A stretch of DNA of 64,000 nucleotides from a virus. Shown here piece by piece: positions 21,612-30,574 of this stretch; positions within the stretch are counted from its first letter, which is position 1; every line of letters begins with the position of its first letter. The position numbers and the translations under genes were made by a program. The notes below the pieces were generated by a model. That model did not search any database. It had not been told where the DNA came from and saw only the letters and a list, made by a program, of their open reading frames with translations. The stretch covers positions 3,711 to 67,710 of the IMG/VR virus record IMGVR_UViG_3300024344_000003. One strand, written 5' to 3'.

Positions 21612-22517
21612 TTACTTTTTCTTATTCTTAGGTTTTCTATTATCTATAAACCAATCTTTATAATAATGCCTTTTAGCTAATATATACTCAAAGTATTGAT
21701 CTACTTTCTTCTTCCAATCTTTATCAACATTTGGATTAATTACACCTGATTTAGGACTAGAAAACGTTTTATCTATCCATTTTATACTTTTTGTATCATA
21801 TAATTTAGCATTTATATGATGAAAAGATCCTCTATGTACTGTTTGCCAAACATCTATTGGTTCAATATCTTTACCTAATATAATTGAATACAAAGCACTT
21901 TCACTAACATGTGTTGTATATACTTTCTTAGCTTTAACTAAAAAATGATACAAATCCATATCTCTATGTAATATAGCTTCTTCTCCAAATAAATCCTGTA
22001 ACTCACCAATAAACTGATGTTTTGTTATAGGATGTGGTTTAAACCATATATTGTGTTTGTATTTTTTTGATATTGCTATCATTTTGTTTAAACAAGCTAT
22101 TTCTTTTAACTTATTTGATCCAGGTAAAACAACTAAATAATCCTTATAAGGATATTTTTTTGTATCTACTTTTCTTCTATGCTGATATTTGTTAGCTTGT
22201 TTATCTTTAATATTTTTATTTAAATATCCAGACCAATCTAAAATATCTACATTTTCATCATTGTAAGCATCGGTTATTTGTTCTGTTCTAAATTTTAAAT
22301 TTAAAGGTTGCATTATAAAACTAGTACCATATGATGTATAACCCATGGTTTTAAAATATGGCATTTCTTCTGCCATAACATCATAACTAGTTTCTAAACC
22401 AGCTTCGCTTGCTTTTCTAATTACATAACCCTCAACTTGTTCTAAGTCATCTAGGTTTGTGTTTTTCTTTAAGGGTCCTATCCTTCCGTCTAAAACCTTT
22501 TTGTTAAACATTTCCAT
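21612..22517 (-). CDS. KpsS/KpsC-like (capsule-synthesis family) GT-B glycosyltransferase, candidate CMP-Kdo transferase
   Basis: YLVVLPGS, IWFKPHP and LVKAKKVYTTHVSESALYSIILGKDI resemble the KpsC/KpsS motifs K[PT]HP and VYTVTS..GFEALL.GKPV; recognised by eye only. Confidence 0.55.
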   Translation of the reverse strand: MEMFNKKVLDGRIGPLKKNTNLDDLEQVEGYVIRKASEAGLETSYDVMAEEMPYFKTMGYTSYGTSFIMQPLNLKFRTEQITDAYNDENVDILDWSGYLNKNIKDKQANKYQHRRKVDTKKYPYKDYLVVLPGSNKLKEIACLNKMIAISKKYKHNIWFKPHPITKHQFIGELQDLFGEEAILHRDMDLYHFLVKAKKVYTTHVSESALYSIILGKDIEPIDVWQTVHRGSFHHINAKLYDTKSIKWIDKTFSSPKSGVINPNVDKDWKKKVDQYFEYILAKRHYYKDWFIDNRKPKNKKK

Positions 22518-22570
22518 ATTATTAAATTTAATTCGTTATTATATATATAGTTACAGAATATTGCTTATTT

Positions 22571-24112
22571 CTAAGCGCAATCGTTTAGGTTCTGAACAAC
22601 ACCAACGCTACTCATGATTCTAATATATTTATTATCTGACAACTGACCAACTCTATAATATCCAGCTATTAAGTGAGTACCATTACCATCTTTAACAACA
22701 TCTCCAGCAACCGGAAGTGCACCACTACCATTGTGATAATACGTTTGATCAAGTGTTACAGCAGAATCATCACAAACTGTAAGGAAGTTTACAGTATCAG
22801 AAGATGTATATGCTGTGCTAGATGCTCTATTTAAATAATCAACCATAGTAGACATATCTTTATATGTTGTATTATATCTAGATGTTTGTGTTGTTGTGGT
22901 TGTGTTCCAACTAGTAGTTGTGTTTTGACTAGTATTAAATGTAGTTGTCGTACTGTGACTTGTGTTATACGTAGTTGTAGTACTTTGGCTAGTATTAAAT
23001 GTAGTTGTAGTACTATGTGACGTATTATAAGTTGTGTTATAGGTTGTAGTAGTACTTTTAGACGTATTATATGTAGTCGTAGTATCGGTTGCTCTAGTTG
23101 TGTTCCAGGTTGTAGTGGTTGTGCGAGCGGTGTTGTACGTTGTGGTAGTACTAGAACTTGTACTTTGACTTGTTTGCCACGTTGTAGTAGTAGAGTGCGA
23201 CGTATTATACGACGTGCTAGTACTATGACTTGTTGCAAACGTTGTAGTTGTATTAGTTGTGTGGCTGGTATTATATGTCGTAGTCGTTGAGTGATTAGTT
23301 GAGTGACTAGTATTATACGTAGTAGTAGTATTTGAACTAGTAGCAAATGTTGTCGTTGTACTCTTAGACGTGTTATATGTCGTAGTAGTACTTTTAGATG
23401 TACTCCAAGTTGTTGTCCAAGTGGTCGTAGTACTATGTGATGTATTATACGTAGTTGTAGTATCATGAGACGTGTTGTAAGTCGTAGTCGTATCATGAGA
23501 TGTACTATATGTTGTTTCAGTAGTATGGGATGTACTCTGACTTGTTTGCCATGTTGTAGTGGTACTATGTGATGTCGCTGTAGAGTGACTAGTATTGTAC
23601 GTAGTGTTATATGTTGTTGTAGTACTTTGAGACGTAGCCCAAGTTGTTGTAGTATCGTGAGAAGTACTTCTATATGTATTTGAACTAGTGTTCCAACTTG
23701 TATTATATGTTGTCGTAGTATTATGAGATGTATTATACGTTGTTGTCGTATTATAAGACGTTGTAGTACTATGACTAGTAGCATACGTAGTATTGTACGT
23801 GGTAGTAGTACTATGAGATGTACTACGAGATGTATTAAACGTGGTAGTAGTACTGTGAGACGTATTATGAGACGTACCAGTGGAGTGACTAGTATTGTAA
23901 GTCGTAGTTGTATTATGACTAGTGTTATACGTAGTAGTAGTGCTATGACTTGTATTCCACGATGTAGTTGTTGTATGTGATGTATTATATGTAGTAGTAG
24001 TGTTTTTACTAGTATTAAAATACGTTTGATAATACGAGTCGTAAGACGTAGCGTGATACGTCTCTCTACTTGTAAGCCAAGAAGTCCACCATGATGTTGT
24101 AGTATTAGGCAT
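22571..24112 (-). CDS. Thr/Ser-rich decamer-repeat protein 2 (mucin-like or beta-solenoid fibre) with small C-terminal globular domain
   Basis: 513 aa; repeated [HK]STTTT[YWF]NTS units; C-terminal domain YYHNGSGALPVAGD...GYYR. Confidence 0.8.
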   Translation of the reverse strand: MPNTTTSWWTSWLTSRETYHATSYDSYYQTYFNTSKNTTTTYNTSHTTTTSWNTSHSTTTTYNTSHNTTTTYNTSHSTGTSHNTSHSTTTTFNTSRSTSHSTTTTYNTTYATSHSTTTSYNTTTTYNTSHNTTTTYNTSWNTSSNTYRSTSHDTTTTWATSQSTTTTYNTTYNTSHSTATSHSTTTTWQTSQSTSHTTETTYSTSHDTTTTYNTSHDTTTTYNTSHSTTTTWTTTWSTSKSTTTTYNTSKSTTTTFATSSNTTTTYNTSHSTNHSTTTTYNTSHTTNTTTTFATSHSTSTSYNTSHSTTTTWQTSQSTSSSTTTTYNTARTTTTTWNTTRATDTTTTYNTSKSTTTTYNTTYNTSHSTTTTFNTSQSTTTTYNTSHSTTTTFNTSQNTTTSWNTTTTTQTSRYNTTYKDMSTMVDYLNRASSTAYTSSDTVNFLTVCDDSAVTLDQTYYHNGSGALPVAGDVVKDGNGTHLIAGYYRVGQLSDNKYIRIMSSVGVVQNLNDCA

Positions 24113-25145
24113 CTTTTCCTCCGTTTTTAATTAACATATTATTTATAAAGTAATTATCATTAGAATTTAATCTAACCATAGTATATATTGTTTCAGAGCT
24201 ATCAAAGTTTATACTAGTAATCTCTACTTCAGTATTATCAACTTTATACAACTTATCACCAACAACTAATTCATTCATATTTTTTTCAATCCAAGATCCA
24301 TCTCTTTTAATAATCATTGGATGATTTCCAGTAACGATCAATAATCCATCATTTATATTATAAACACCTTTACATTTAGCTCCATAAGATAACACACCTG
24401 TTTTTACTATTAAATTAGGATTAGACGGATCTTCACAAGTTAAAATATCTTGATCTGTATTTATTTTAAAAATATTTTTTGTTTCAGTTTCTGATATATG
24501 CACTGTTGATGTGTCTAATATACCATGTGTCCTTGCTTTTTGATTTAAAATCTTTAATGGTATAAAATAGTTATTTCTATTATAATACGTGTTTTCTGGT
24601 GGGTTTAATCCCGTAACCTCTGTAAATGACACGTTATTCCAATAAAACATCATCCATTCATCTGTTGTTCCGCCACTAAAATTCCACCAACTTACTTTAC
24701 AATTATCTTTAGCTTTTCTTTCACAAAATCCAGCAAAGCTTGGATGTAGATCGTCATCTACATAAGTATCCATTAGTATTACATCGTATTTCTGTGGTTC
24801 ACTTACTTGATCAAACCACTTACCTTCAATTACATTTACATTAGGTTTATCTGCCGCCCATTCATTTAGTTTAACTATTATTTGAGGGTGACATTCAACT
24901 ATAGTATGAGAAGCAGGATTTCTCGCTTGAACAGCATCGGATAATATACCCATACCAAAACCACATTCTAAAACATGATCTCCTTCAGATACAGCAACCT
25001 CAGCCATTTTAGTCATAATAGGTTGTTCCCAAGACATCATAACTTCTCTGACATCCTTCATTTCTGGACAATACCATGTTATTTTATCATCTTCAAATGT
25101 TAATGTTGCTGCTAAATATGAATCTCTAAATTGATGTTCTGCCAT
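24105..25145 (-). CDS. RMT2/GAMT-like SAM methyltransferase fused to a degenerate Hint domain
   Basis: VMMSWEQPIM...VLECGFGMGI...HTIVECHP matches GAMT/RMT2. The C-terminal ~135 aa has Hint blocks: TGNH (TxxH), ELVVGDKL, NYFINNMLIKN. Confidence 0.75.
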   Translation of the reverse strand: MAEHQFRDSYLAATLTFEDDKITWYCPEMKDVREVMMSWEQPIMTKMAEVAVSEGDHVLECGFGMGILSDAVQARNPASHTIVECHPQIIVKLNEWAADKPNVNVIEGKWFDQVSEPQKYDVILMDTYVDDDLHPSFAGFCERKAKDNCKVSWWNFSGGTTDEWMMFYWNNVSFTEVTGLNPPENTYYNRNNYFIPLKILNQKARTHGILDTSTVHISETETKNIFKINTDQDILTCEDPSNPNLIVKTGVLSYGAKCKGVYNINDGLLIVTGNHPMIIKRDGSWIEKNMNELVVGDKLYKVDNTEVEITSINFDSSETIYTMVRLNSNDNYFINNMLIKNGGKDA

Positions 25146-25156
25146 AATTATTTAAT

Positions 25157-26464
25157 TTATATACATCCTCTAAAACAACCGCCGCCGCCACCGCCACCAC
25201 CATCAGTAAATGTATTTCTACTTGTGTATTGACTCGTGTTCCATCCGGTTATTGTTGTACCAGTATTTCTTGTTGTAAATGTATCAGTTTGGTGACTTGT
25301 TTGCCAAGTCGTTGTTGTTGAATGACTTGTTGCGTATGTTGTAGTAGTATTTTTACTTGTACTATATACTGTAGTTGTACTATGACTAGTTGCATAAGAA
25401 GTCATTGTTGTACGACTAGTATTATATGTTGTTGTTGTATTATACGATGTGGTATATGACGTAGTAGTACTCCTACTTGTATTATACGTTGTATTGTATG
25501 TTGTAGTTGTACTGTGAGAAGTACTATGATACGTATTATAAGTTGTAGTTGTACTATGAGACGTTCCTGTACTATGACTGGTATTATACGTAGTTGAAGT
25601 AGTATGAGACGTACTTCTTGATGTACTCCAAGTTGTAGCATAATATGTTGTGTATGTAGTCGTCGTAGTTTTACTAGTATTCCACGTGGTAGTTGTCGAA
25701 TGACTTGTACTATGATACGTATTATATGTGGTAGTCGTATTATATGTAGTAGTTGTACTTCTAGTTGTATTCCAATATGTGGTATACGTAGTAGTTGTAT
25801 CATGCTCTGTATTATACGTTTCAGTAGTCGTTTTACTAGTGTTATACGTAGTAGTAGTTGTTTTACTAGTATTGTATGTCGTGGTTGTATTAGAACTTGT
25901 ACTTTGACTTGTGTTGAAAGTTGTCGTTGTTGAATGACTTGTTTCATATGTTGTTGTCGTACTTCTAGTAGTGTTCCACGTTGTAGTAGTTGTTTTACTT
26001 GTATTATACGTAGTAGTATACGTGGTAGTTGTACTCTTACTTGTATTATAAGTAGTAGTAGTTTCAGTTGTTCTAGTAGTATTATACGTAGTGGTTGTAT
26101 TATTACTAGTGCTATAAGTTGTTGTGGTGCTCTTACTAGTATTCCAATAACTCGTCCAAGTTGTAGTCGTACTATGACTTGTATTGTAAGTAGTAGTAGT
26201 ATCTTGACTAGTAGCCCACTCAGTAGTGGTATTAGTCGTATGACTAGTGTTATATGTTGTTGTTGTAGAATGACTAGTAGAACGACTAGTATTGTATGTT
26301 GTTGTAGTTGATTTACTTGTTGACCAAGTAGTAGTTGTACTTTTAGAAGTATTATATGTTGTTGTCGTACTTTTAGACGTACTCCAAGTCGTGGCCGTTG
26401 AAGTTGAAAACGAACCTGTTGTGTTCTTTAACCAGAAATCTTTTCTCCATAAAAATCTTAACAT
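25157..26464 (-). CDS. Thr/Ser-rich decamer-repeat protein 1
   Basis: 435 aa; same decamer repeats; ends DGGGGGGGGCFRGCI. Confidence 0.8.
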   Translation of the reverse strand: MLRFLWRKDFWLKNTTGSFSTSTATTWSTSKSTTTTYNTSKSTTTTWSTSKSTTTTYNTSRSTSHSTTTTYNTSHTTNTTTEWATSQDTTTTYNTSHSTTTTWTSYWNTSKSTTTTYSTSNNTTTTYNTTRTTETTTTYNTSKSTTTTYTTTYNTSKTTTTTWNTTRSTTTTYETSHSTTTTFNTSQSTSSNTTTTYNTSKTTTTTYNTSKTTTETYNTEHDTTTTYTTYWNTTRSTTTTYNTTTTYNTYHSTSHSTTTTWNTSKTTTTTYTTYYATTWSTSRSTSHTTSTTYNTSHSTGTSHSTTTTYNTYHSTSHSTTTTYNTTYNTSRSTTTSYTTSYNTTTTYNTSRTTMTSYATSHSTTTVYSTSKNTTTTYATSHSTTTTWQTSHQTDTFTTRNTGTTITGWNTSQYTSRNTFTDGGGGGGGGCFRGCI

Positions 26465-26475
26465 AATTGACTGTT

Positions 26476-27315
26476 TTAGCTGAAGTTACCAACATAATTA
26501 CAAAGCACTTTATCAGTAGCATGGACATAATATGTTATTATGTGAATAGCGTTAGCAGATGTAACCCAATTTAATGTTGCGGCATCAGGTGTTAACATAT
26601 AACTTGGTAAAGCTGCAAAAGCTAATGATCCTACACTTGCAGGATTTGTTATAACTATCATACCAGATTGGCCAACGTTTTCAGAAGCAACAGTTAAAGC
26701 TAAAGTATTAGTAGCATTTGTTGCGGTTACATTAAAGTTATCATTAGTAGTTAAATCCATGGTATGCGTATTACTTGACTCACTTGCGGTTGTCACAGTT
26801 CTACGTATGTTTTGAGTTACTTTAATACTGCCAGTTACATCTATATCACCTGCAAAAGTTACAGTACCACCTCCACTAGTATTTATATCTGAAATATTTA
26901 TTAATTCTAAAGTATCAGCACCTGAAACTCTCCTAAAGCCATTTAACCAACTGTTATCTGCATTGTTTCTAAACTTTAATGTTCCGGCTGAAAGAAAATT
27001 GTTATCGGATTGTATGTAGGAAGTGGCTTCTACATTGCCTGTTACACTAATCCCTGAACTTGCCGTACTTAGCTTAACACTATTGTCGTAAAATAATCTA
27101 ACCCTACCGTTGTCGCCATCACTCATATCAATATAAGTATCACCGCCAGCGGCTTGAAGATACATATATTGGCCTTGTATATATAATGCTCCTACTCCGT
27201 TCTCACCTAAATAAGTGTTTGAACCATTGTGGTAGAAATATGCATCCGCACTAGTTCCTAGTTTTAAGTGAACATCATCTGCGAGTTCTAAATGACTATG
27301 TGTTGGTATTCCCAT
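26476..27315 (-). CDS. Tail fibre-associated protein
   Basis: 279 aa beta-rich, Gly/Ser/Thr-rich fibre-like segments; follows the main fibre gene. Confidence 0.55.
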   Translation of the reverse strand: MGIPTHSHLELADDVHLKLGTSADAYFYHNGSNTYLGENGVGALYIQGQYMYLQAAGGDTYIDMSDGDNGRVRLFYDNSVKLSTASSGISVTGNVEATSYIQSDNNFLSAGTLKFRNNADNSWLNGFRRVSGADTLELINISDINTSGGGTVTFAGDIDVTGSIKVTQNIRRTVTTASESSNTHTMDLTTNDNFNVTATNATNTLALTVASENVGQSGMIVITNPASVGSLAFAALPSYMLTPDAATLNWVTSANAIHIITYYVHATDKVLCNYVGNFS

Positions 27316-27332
27316 ATTATTACAGTTAAGTT

Positions 27333-27363
27333 AATACTGGCGGCACAAATGTACCGCCGTATT
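27333..27363 (-). terminator. Intergenic GC-rich hairpin (terminator-like)
   Basis: AATAC-TGGCGGCAC-AAAT-GTACCGCC-GTATT. Confidence 0.5.
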
Positions 27364-27373
27364 TTAATTTTTA

Positions 27374-29788
27374 TTAAGATGTTGGATATGTAGGAGTTGC
27401 TGTTGCTGCTCCTTTAGCAGAAGTAATCGTAACAACTATATCCTCACTTGGTACTGCCGCAAAATGGAAAGTTAAATGGTCATCAGATGAAGAACCATTG
27501 TTATCTTTATGATACTCACATATAACAACTTCTTTTGAAGTAAGTCCGTGACATTCAACAATAACATTTGGTGTATTAAGACTGTGATCTATTAAAGCTT
27601 TCTTTTGCGTACTGTCTAATGAACTAACATCAATAGTTGCTGTTACACATCTATCATTACCAATGTTATGAGGTGTCATAAACACAGTATCGTTACTACC
27701 ATTTTCAGCTTGCGTTTGAGTTGCTTTTGTATTTGAAGTTGAACCATCAGCAACATTAAGTATTGTTCTAAGAGCTGAATCTCCTATTTCTTCTATTACC
27801 CCTGCGCCTGAACTATCTCTACCTAATACTACATTTGTAGCACTTACATTTTGTATTTTAGCGTATGTTACTTGATCATCCGCTATGTGAGCTGTATCAA
27901 TCGATCCATCAGCGTAGTGTTCTGAATTAATAGCATCATCAGCGATATGAGCGTTATCAATACTACCATCAACATAATGTTCTGAATTAATAGCATTATC
28001 TTGAATATTAGTTCCGTCTATTGCATCTAATCCAATATAATCATGTGCTATTGCTGTACCTTGCCATGTACCTGAACCAATTGTGCCACAGCTTACAAGA
28101 TTTGGCATTGCTGTAATTTCATCATCGAAATAAGCAGCTAAATCTGTAACGGCAACTTGTTTCATTGTACCACCGTCATTAAGTACCACTCTATCAGCAT
28201 CAGCAACTGTAGTTGATGAAGCAGATGTGCCACCGTCCATTATATTAAGTTCAGCAACTGTTGCAGATATTGCTGTTGTGCTTGGATCAGCTGAGAATAA
28301 AGCTACATAACCCGTTACGTTTGGTAACGTGTATGTTACATCAGCTCCAGCAACAACTGATTTAAGTGTACCATCGTGACCATCAGCAGTAGTACCTTCA
28401 AATACAACTCCATTAGAAGTAGTTACTGTAGTAACATTATTTGTTGTTGTATCTCCAGTTACTACTAAATCACCTGGTATTGTAATAGTATCAGAACCAT
28501 CACCAATCGATAATGCCCCACCTTGTGAAGTTGCTAGAAGATTTGTTGCTGCAGCTGCCGCAGTAGATGCGCCAGTACCACCGTTAGCAATTGCTAAATC
28601 AGTACCAGACCAATTACTATTGTTACAGCTTGTTAAATAACCATAATCTTCAATTCTATTCTTTATAGCAAGCGCGGTCATTAAATGATCATCTGCATCA
28701 GAAGCTTCTGAAGTAATATCTATATCGTCAACTGTATGACCACCAATTATTAAACTACCTGTTACATTACCAGTTAAATTACCAGAAAAAGTAGTTGCTG
28801 TTAATAATCCTGAACTAGAGTTAAATGTTAAATTACTACCAGATTTAGGTCCTAGATCACCAGTTGCTGCAGTAGCAAATAATGGGAAACATGTAGTATC
28901 AGAAGATTCATCTGCAACTGTTACTGTTGTAGCAATCGCTGCAGTACCTGTTGTATCTTGGTTAAGTGTACCAACAACAAGATCAATAGTACCATCAGCA
29001 TCTTGATATGTTGCTGTAATACCTGTTTCAGTATTACCTGTAAACATAGCACCAGCTATATCTTGTACCTCTTCAGTTGTTTGTACTGCATCATCAACAT
29101 AAGTCTTAATAGATTCAGATGTTGCTAAAGTTGTAGCTGAAGCGTCACTAAAGTCATCAGTATCGTTAATAGCTGTAACTGTAACACCCATTGCTAAAGC
29201 ATCAATGTTTGCTGTACCGTCAATATATAGGTTATTCCATTCTTTTGTAGAAGATCCTAAATCTTTATCACCGTCGCTTCCAGGTATAAAAGCAGATCCA
29301 TTCCATCTTGCTTCGCCTCCATCTACTCTTAATGTTATTCTACCATCATTCCCAAAGTCGATCCATTCACCTGATCCATCACCTGGATCGGTTATTCTAC
29401 CAACTTTTAATGAGGTATTGTAAATTGATGTTATTCCTGTTTGTGCAGCGTCTAAATTTACTGTTACTGTATCAGTACTGCCAACGGCTGTTGTTATACC
29501 AGTTCCACCAGCCACATCTAACGTGTTGCCATCTTGTATTGTTTCAGGTGTACCAGAGTCACCTGTTAAACTGAAACTGCTCATACTTCCTGAGGAAGTA
29601 CCGATTGACTGCCAAGTTGAATTAGCGCCGTCGTAATATTTTAAGGTACCACTATCATAGATCAGCTTACCAGCAGTATTACCGGCATCGCCAGTCGTTG
29701 AGTGATCTACAACAAAGTCCTGTAATTGATTGTCATTAAGGTCTATATTACCTTTGACATCTAAATGATTTAAAATAGGTATTGCCAT
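27374..29788 (-). CDS. Tail fibre protein
   Basis: 804 aa; fibre motifs (LAIANGGTGAST, LGRDSSGAGVIEEI) and tandem INSEHYxDGSIDxAHIADD repeats. Confidence 0.7.
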   Translation of the reverse strand: MAIPILNHLDVKGNIDLNDNQLQDFVVDHSTTGDAGNTAGKLIYDSGTLKYYDGANSTWQSIGTSSGSMSSFSLTGDSGTPETIQDGNTLDVAGGTGITTAVGSTDTVTVNLDAAQTGITSIYNTSLKVGRITDPGDGSGEWIDFGNDGRITLRVDGGEARWNGSAFIPGSDGDKDLGSSTKEWNNLYIDGTANIDALAMGVTVTAINDTDDFSDASATTLATSESIKTYVDDAVQTTEEVQDIAGAMFTGNTETGITATYQDADGTIDLVVGTLNQDTTGTAAIATTVTVADESSDTTCFPLFATAATGDLGPKSGSNLTFNSSSGLLTATTFSGNLTGNVTGSLIIGGHTVDDIDITSEASDADDHLMTALAIKNRIEDYGYLTSCNNSNWSGTDLAIANGGTGASTAAAAATNLLATSQGGALSIGDGSDTITIPGDLVVTGDTTTNNVTTVTTSNGVVFEGTTADGHDGTLKSVVAGADVTYTLPNVTGYVALFSADPSTTAISATVAELNIMDGGTSASSTTVADADRVVLNDGGTMKQVAVTDLAAYFDDEITAMPNLVSCGTIGSGTWQGTAIAHDYIGLDAIDGTNIQDNAINSEHYVDGSIDNAHIADDAINSEHYADGSIDTAHIADDQVTYAKIQNVSATNVVLGRDSSGAGVIEEIGDSALRTILNVADGSTSNTKATQTQAENGSNDTVFMTPHNIGNDRCVTATIDVSSLDSTQKKALIDHSLNTPNVIVECHGLTSKEVVICEYHKDNNGSSSDDHLTFHFAAVPSEDIVVTITSAKGAATATPTYPTS

Positions 29789-29812
29789 AGTTTTGTTGTT
29801 TTATAGTTTTGT

Positions 29813-30163
29813 TTATTTTCTTATATAAGCAAGTCCTGCTTGAGCTGAACTAAATGCTATTGTTAATTCGTTTTTGTTTACATAAGTAACTATACCTGTT
29901 GCTTGTACATTTGCATATGTACCACCGCTAATTTTAACGGTTACATTAGGTAAGTAATTATTTAAGTCTAAATTATGTGTGACGGTCCAAGTAGCAGCAG
30001 CGTTGGTTTGTACATGTTTAAATACGCCAGCACTGTTATCTTCTACAAATTTAGCTATATCTCCTAAGGAGTAATTTCTTGTAGCGCCATCTTTATCACT
30101 GCCTAGTAACTTATCTTCTGATGTAAGCGTAAGATCTTTTTGAATATTCTTAATTCTAGGCAT
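29813..30163 (-). CDS. Small structural protein (fibre-associated)
   Basis: 116 aa; WTVTHNL motif similar to fibre termini. Confidence 0.5.
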   Translation of the reverse strand: MPRIKNIQKDLTLTSEDKLLGSDKDGATRNYSLGDIAKFVEDNSAGVFKHVQTNAAATWTVTHNLDLNNYLPNVTVKISGGTYANVQATGIVTYVNKNELTIAFSSAQAGLAYIRK

Positions 30164-30164
30164 A

Positions 30165-30572
30165 TCATTTCTTTTTTATTTGGTTATATTTTTCAACACT
30201 TCGTCCGCCGAAATAGGCACCGATAGTAGTCATAAGGACTAATTGTAAAAGATCCACCCATTTGTCCTCAACTTGAAAGGTTAAAGATCCACTATCAATA
30301 AACACCATTATAACTGTACAAACAATAAGAAAAACAAGCACTAATGGACGAACTGATCTAGTTAACCAGTTTCCATGTTGTAAGTCTGCTTGCCAACGTT
30401 CTGTAACGTTTTTTTGCATAGCTGCCTCAGCATCAATTAATATCTGAGTCATTTGCTTTTCAAACTCTGCTTTCTCGTCTTTTGTTCTTATAAATCTGTC
30501 AGCAACACCTGCTAACTTATCTACTACACTACCTCCGGCATTACCGAATAGCTTGCCTAATATCTTGCTCAT
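30165..30572 (-). CDS. Holin-like protein (GTA 3TM holin family)
   Basis: DRFIRTKDEKAE...W...VRP followed by two hydrophobic helices and GAYFGGRS.EK. Confidence 0.6.
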   Translation of the reverse strand: MSKILGKLFGNAGGSVVDKLAGVADRFIRTKDEKAEFEKQMTQILIDAEAAMQKNVTERWQADLQHGNWLTRSVRPLVLVFLIVCTVIMVFIDSGSLTFQVEDKWVDLLQLVLMTTIGAYFGGRSVEKYNQIKKK

Positions 30573-30574
30573 AA

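Noticed and set aside
22831-23784. 317-aa alternative-frame ORF (also 25402-25947 and antisense 23723-23980, 25700-25933, 25934-26311)
   Set aside because: Shadow frames of the Thr-codon repeats; repetitive, with no independent start context
24105-24520. Functional self-splicing intein
   Set aside because: Lacks the N-terminal Cys/Ser, the penultimate His and a nucleophilic +1 residue; kept only as a degenerate Hint domain
22900-26400. Possible CRISPR array or DNA tandem repeat
   Set aside because: The periodicity is a 30-nt coding unit with free synonymous variation; there are no identical repeats with unique spacers and no cas genes
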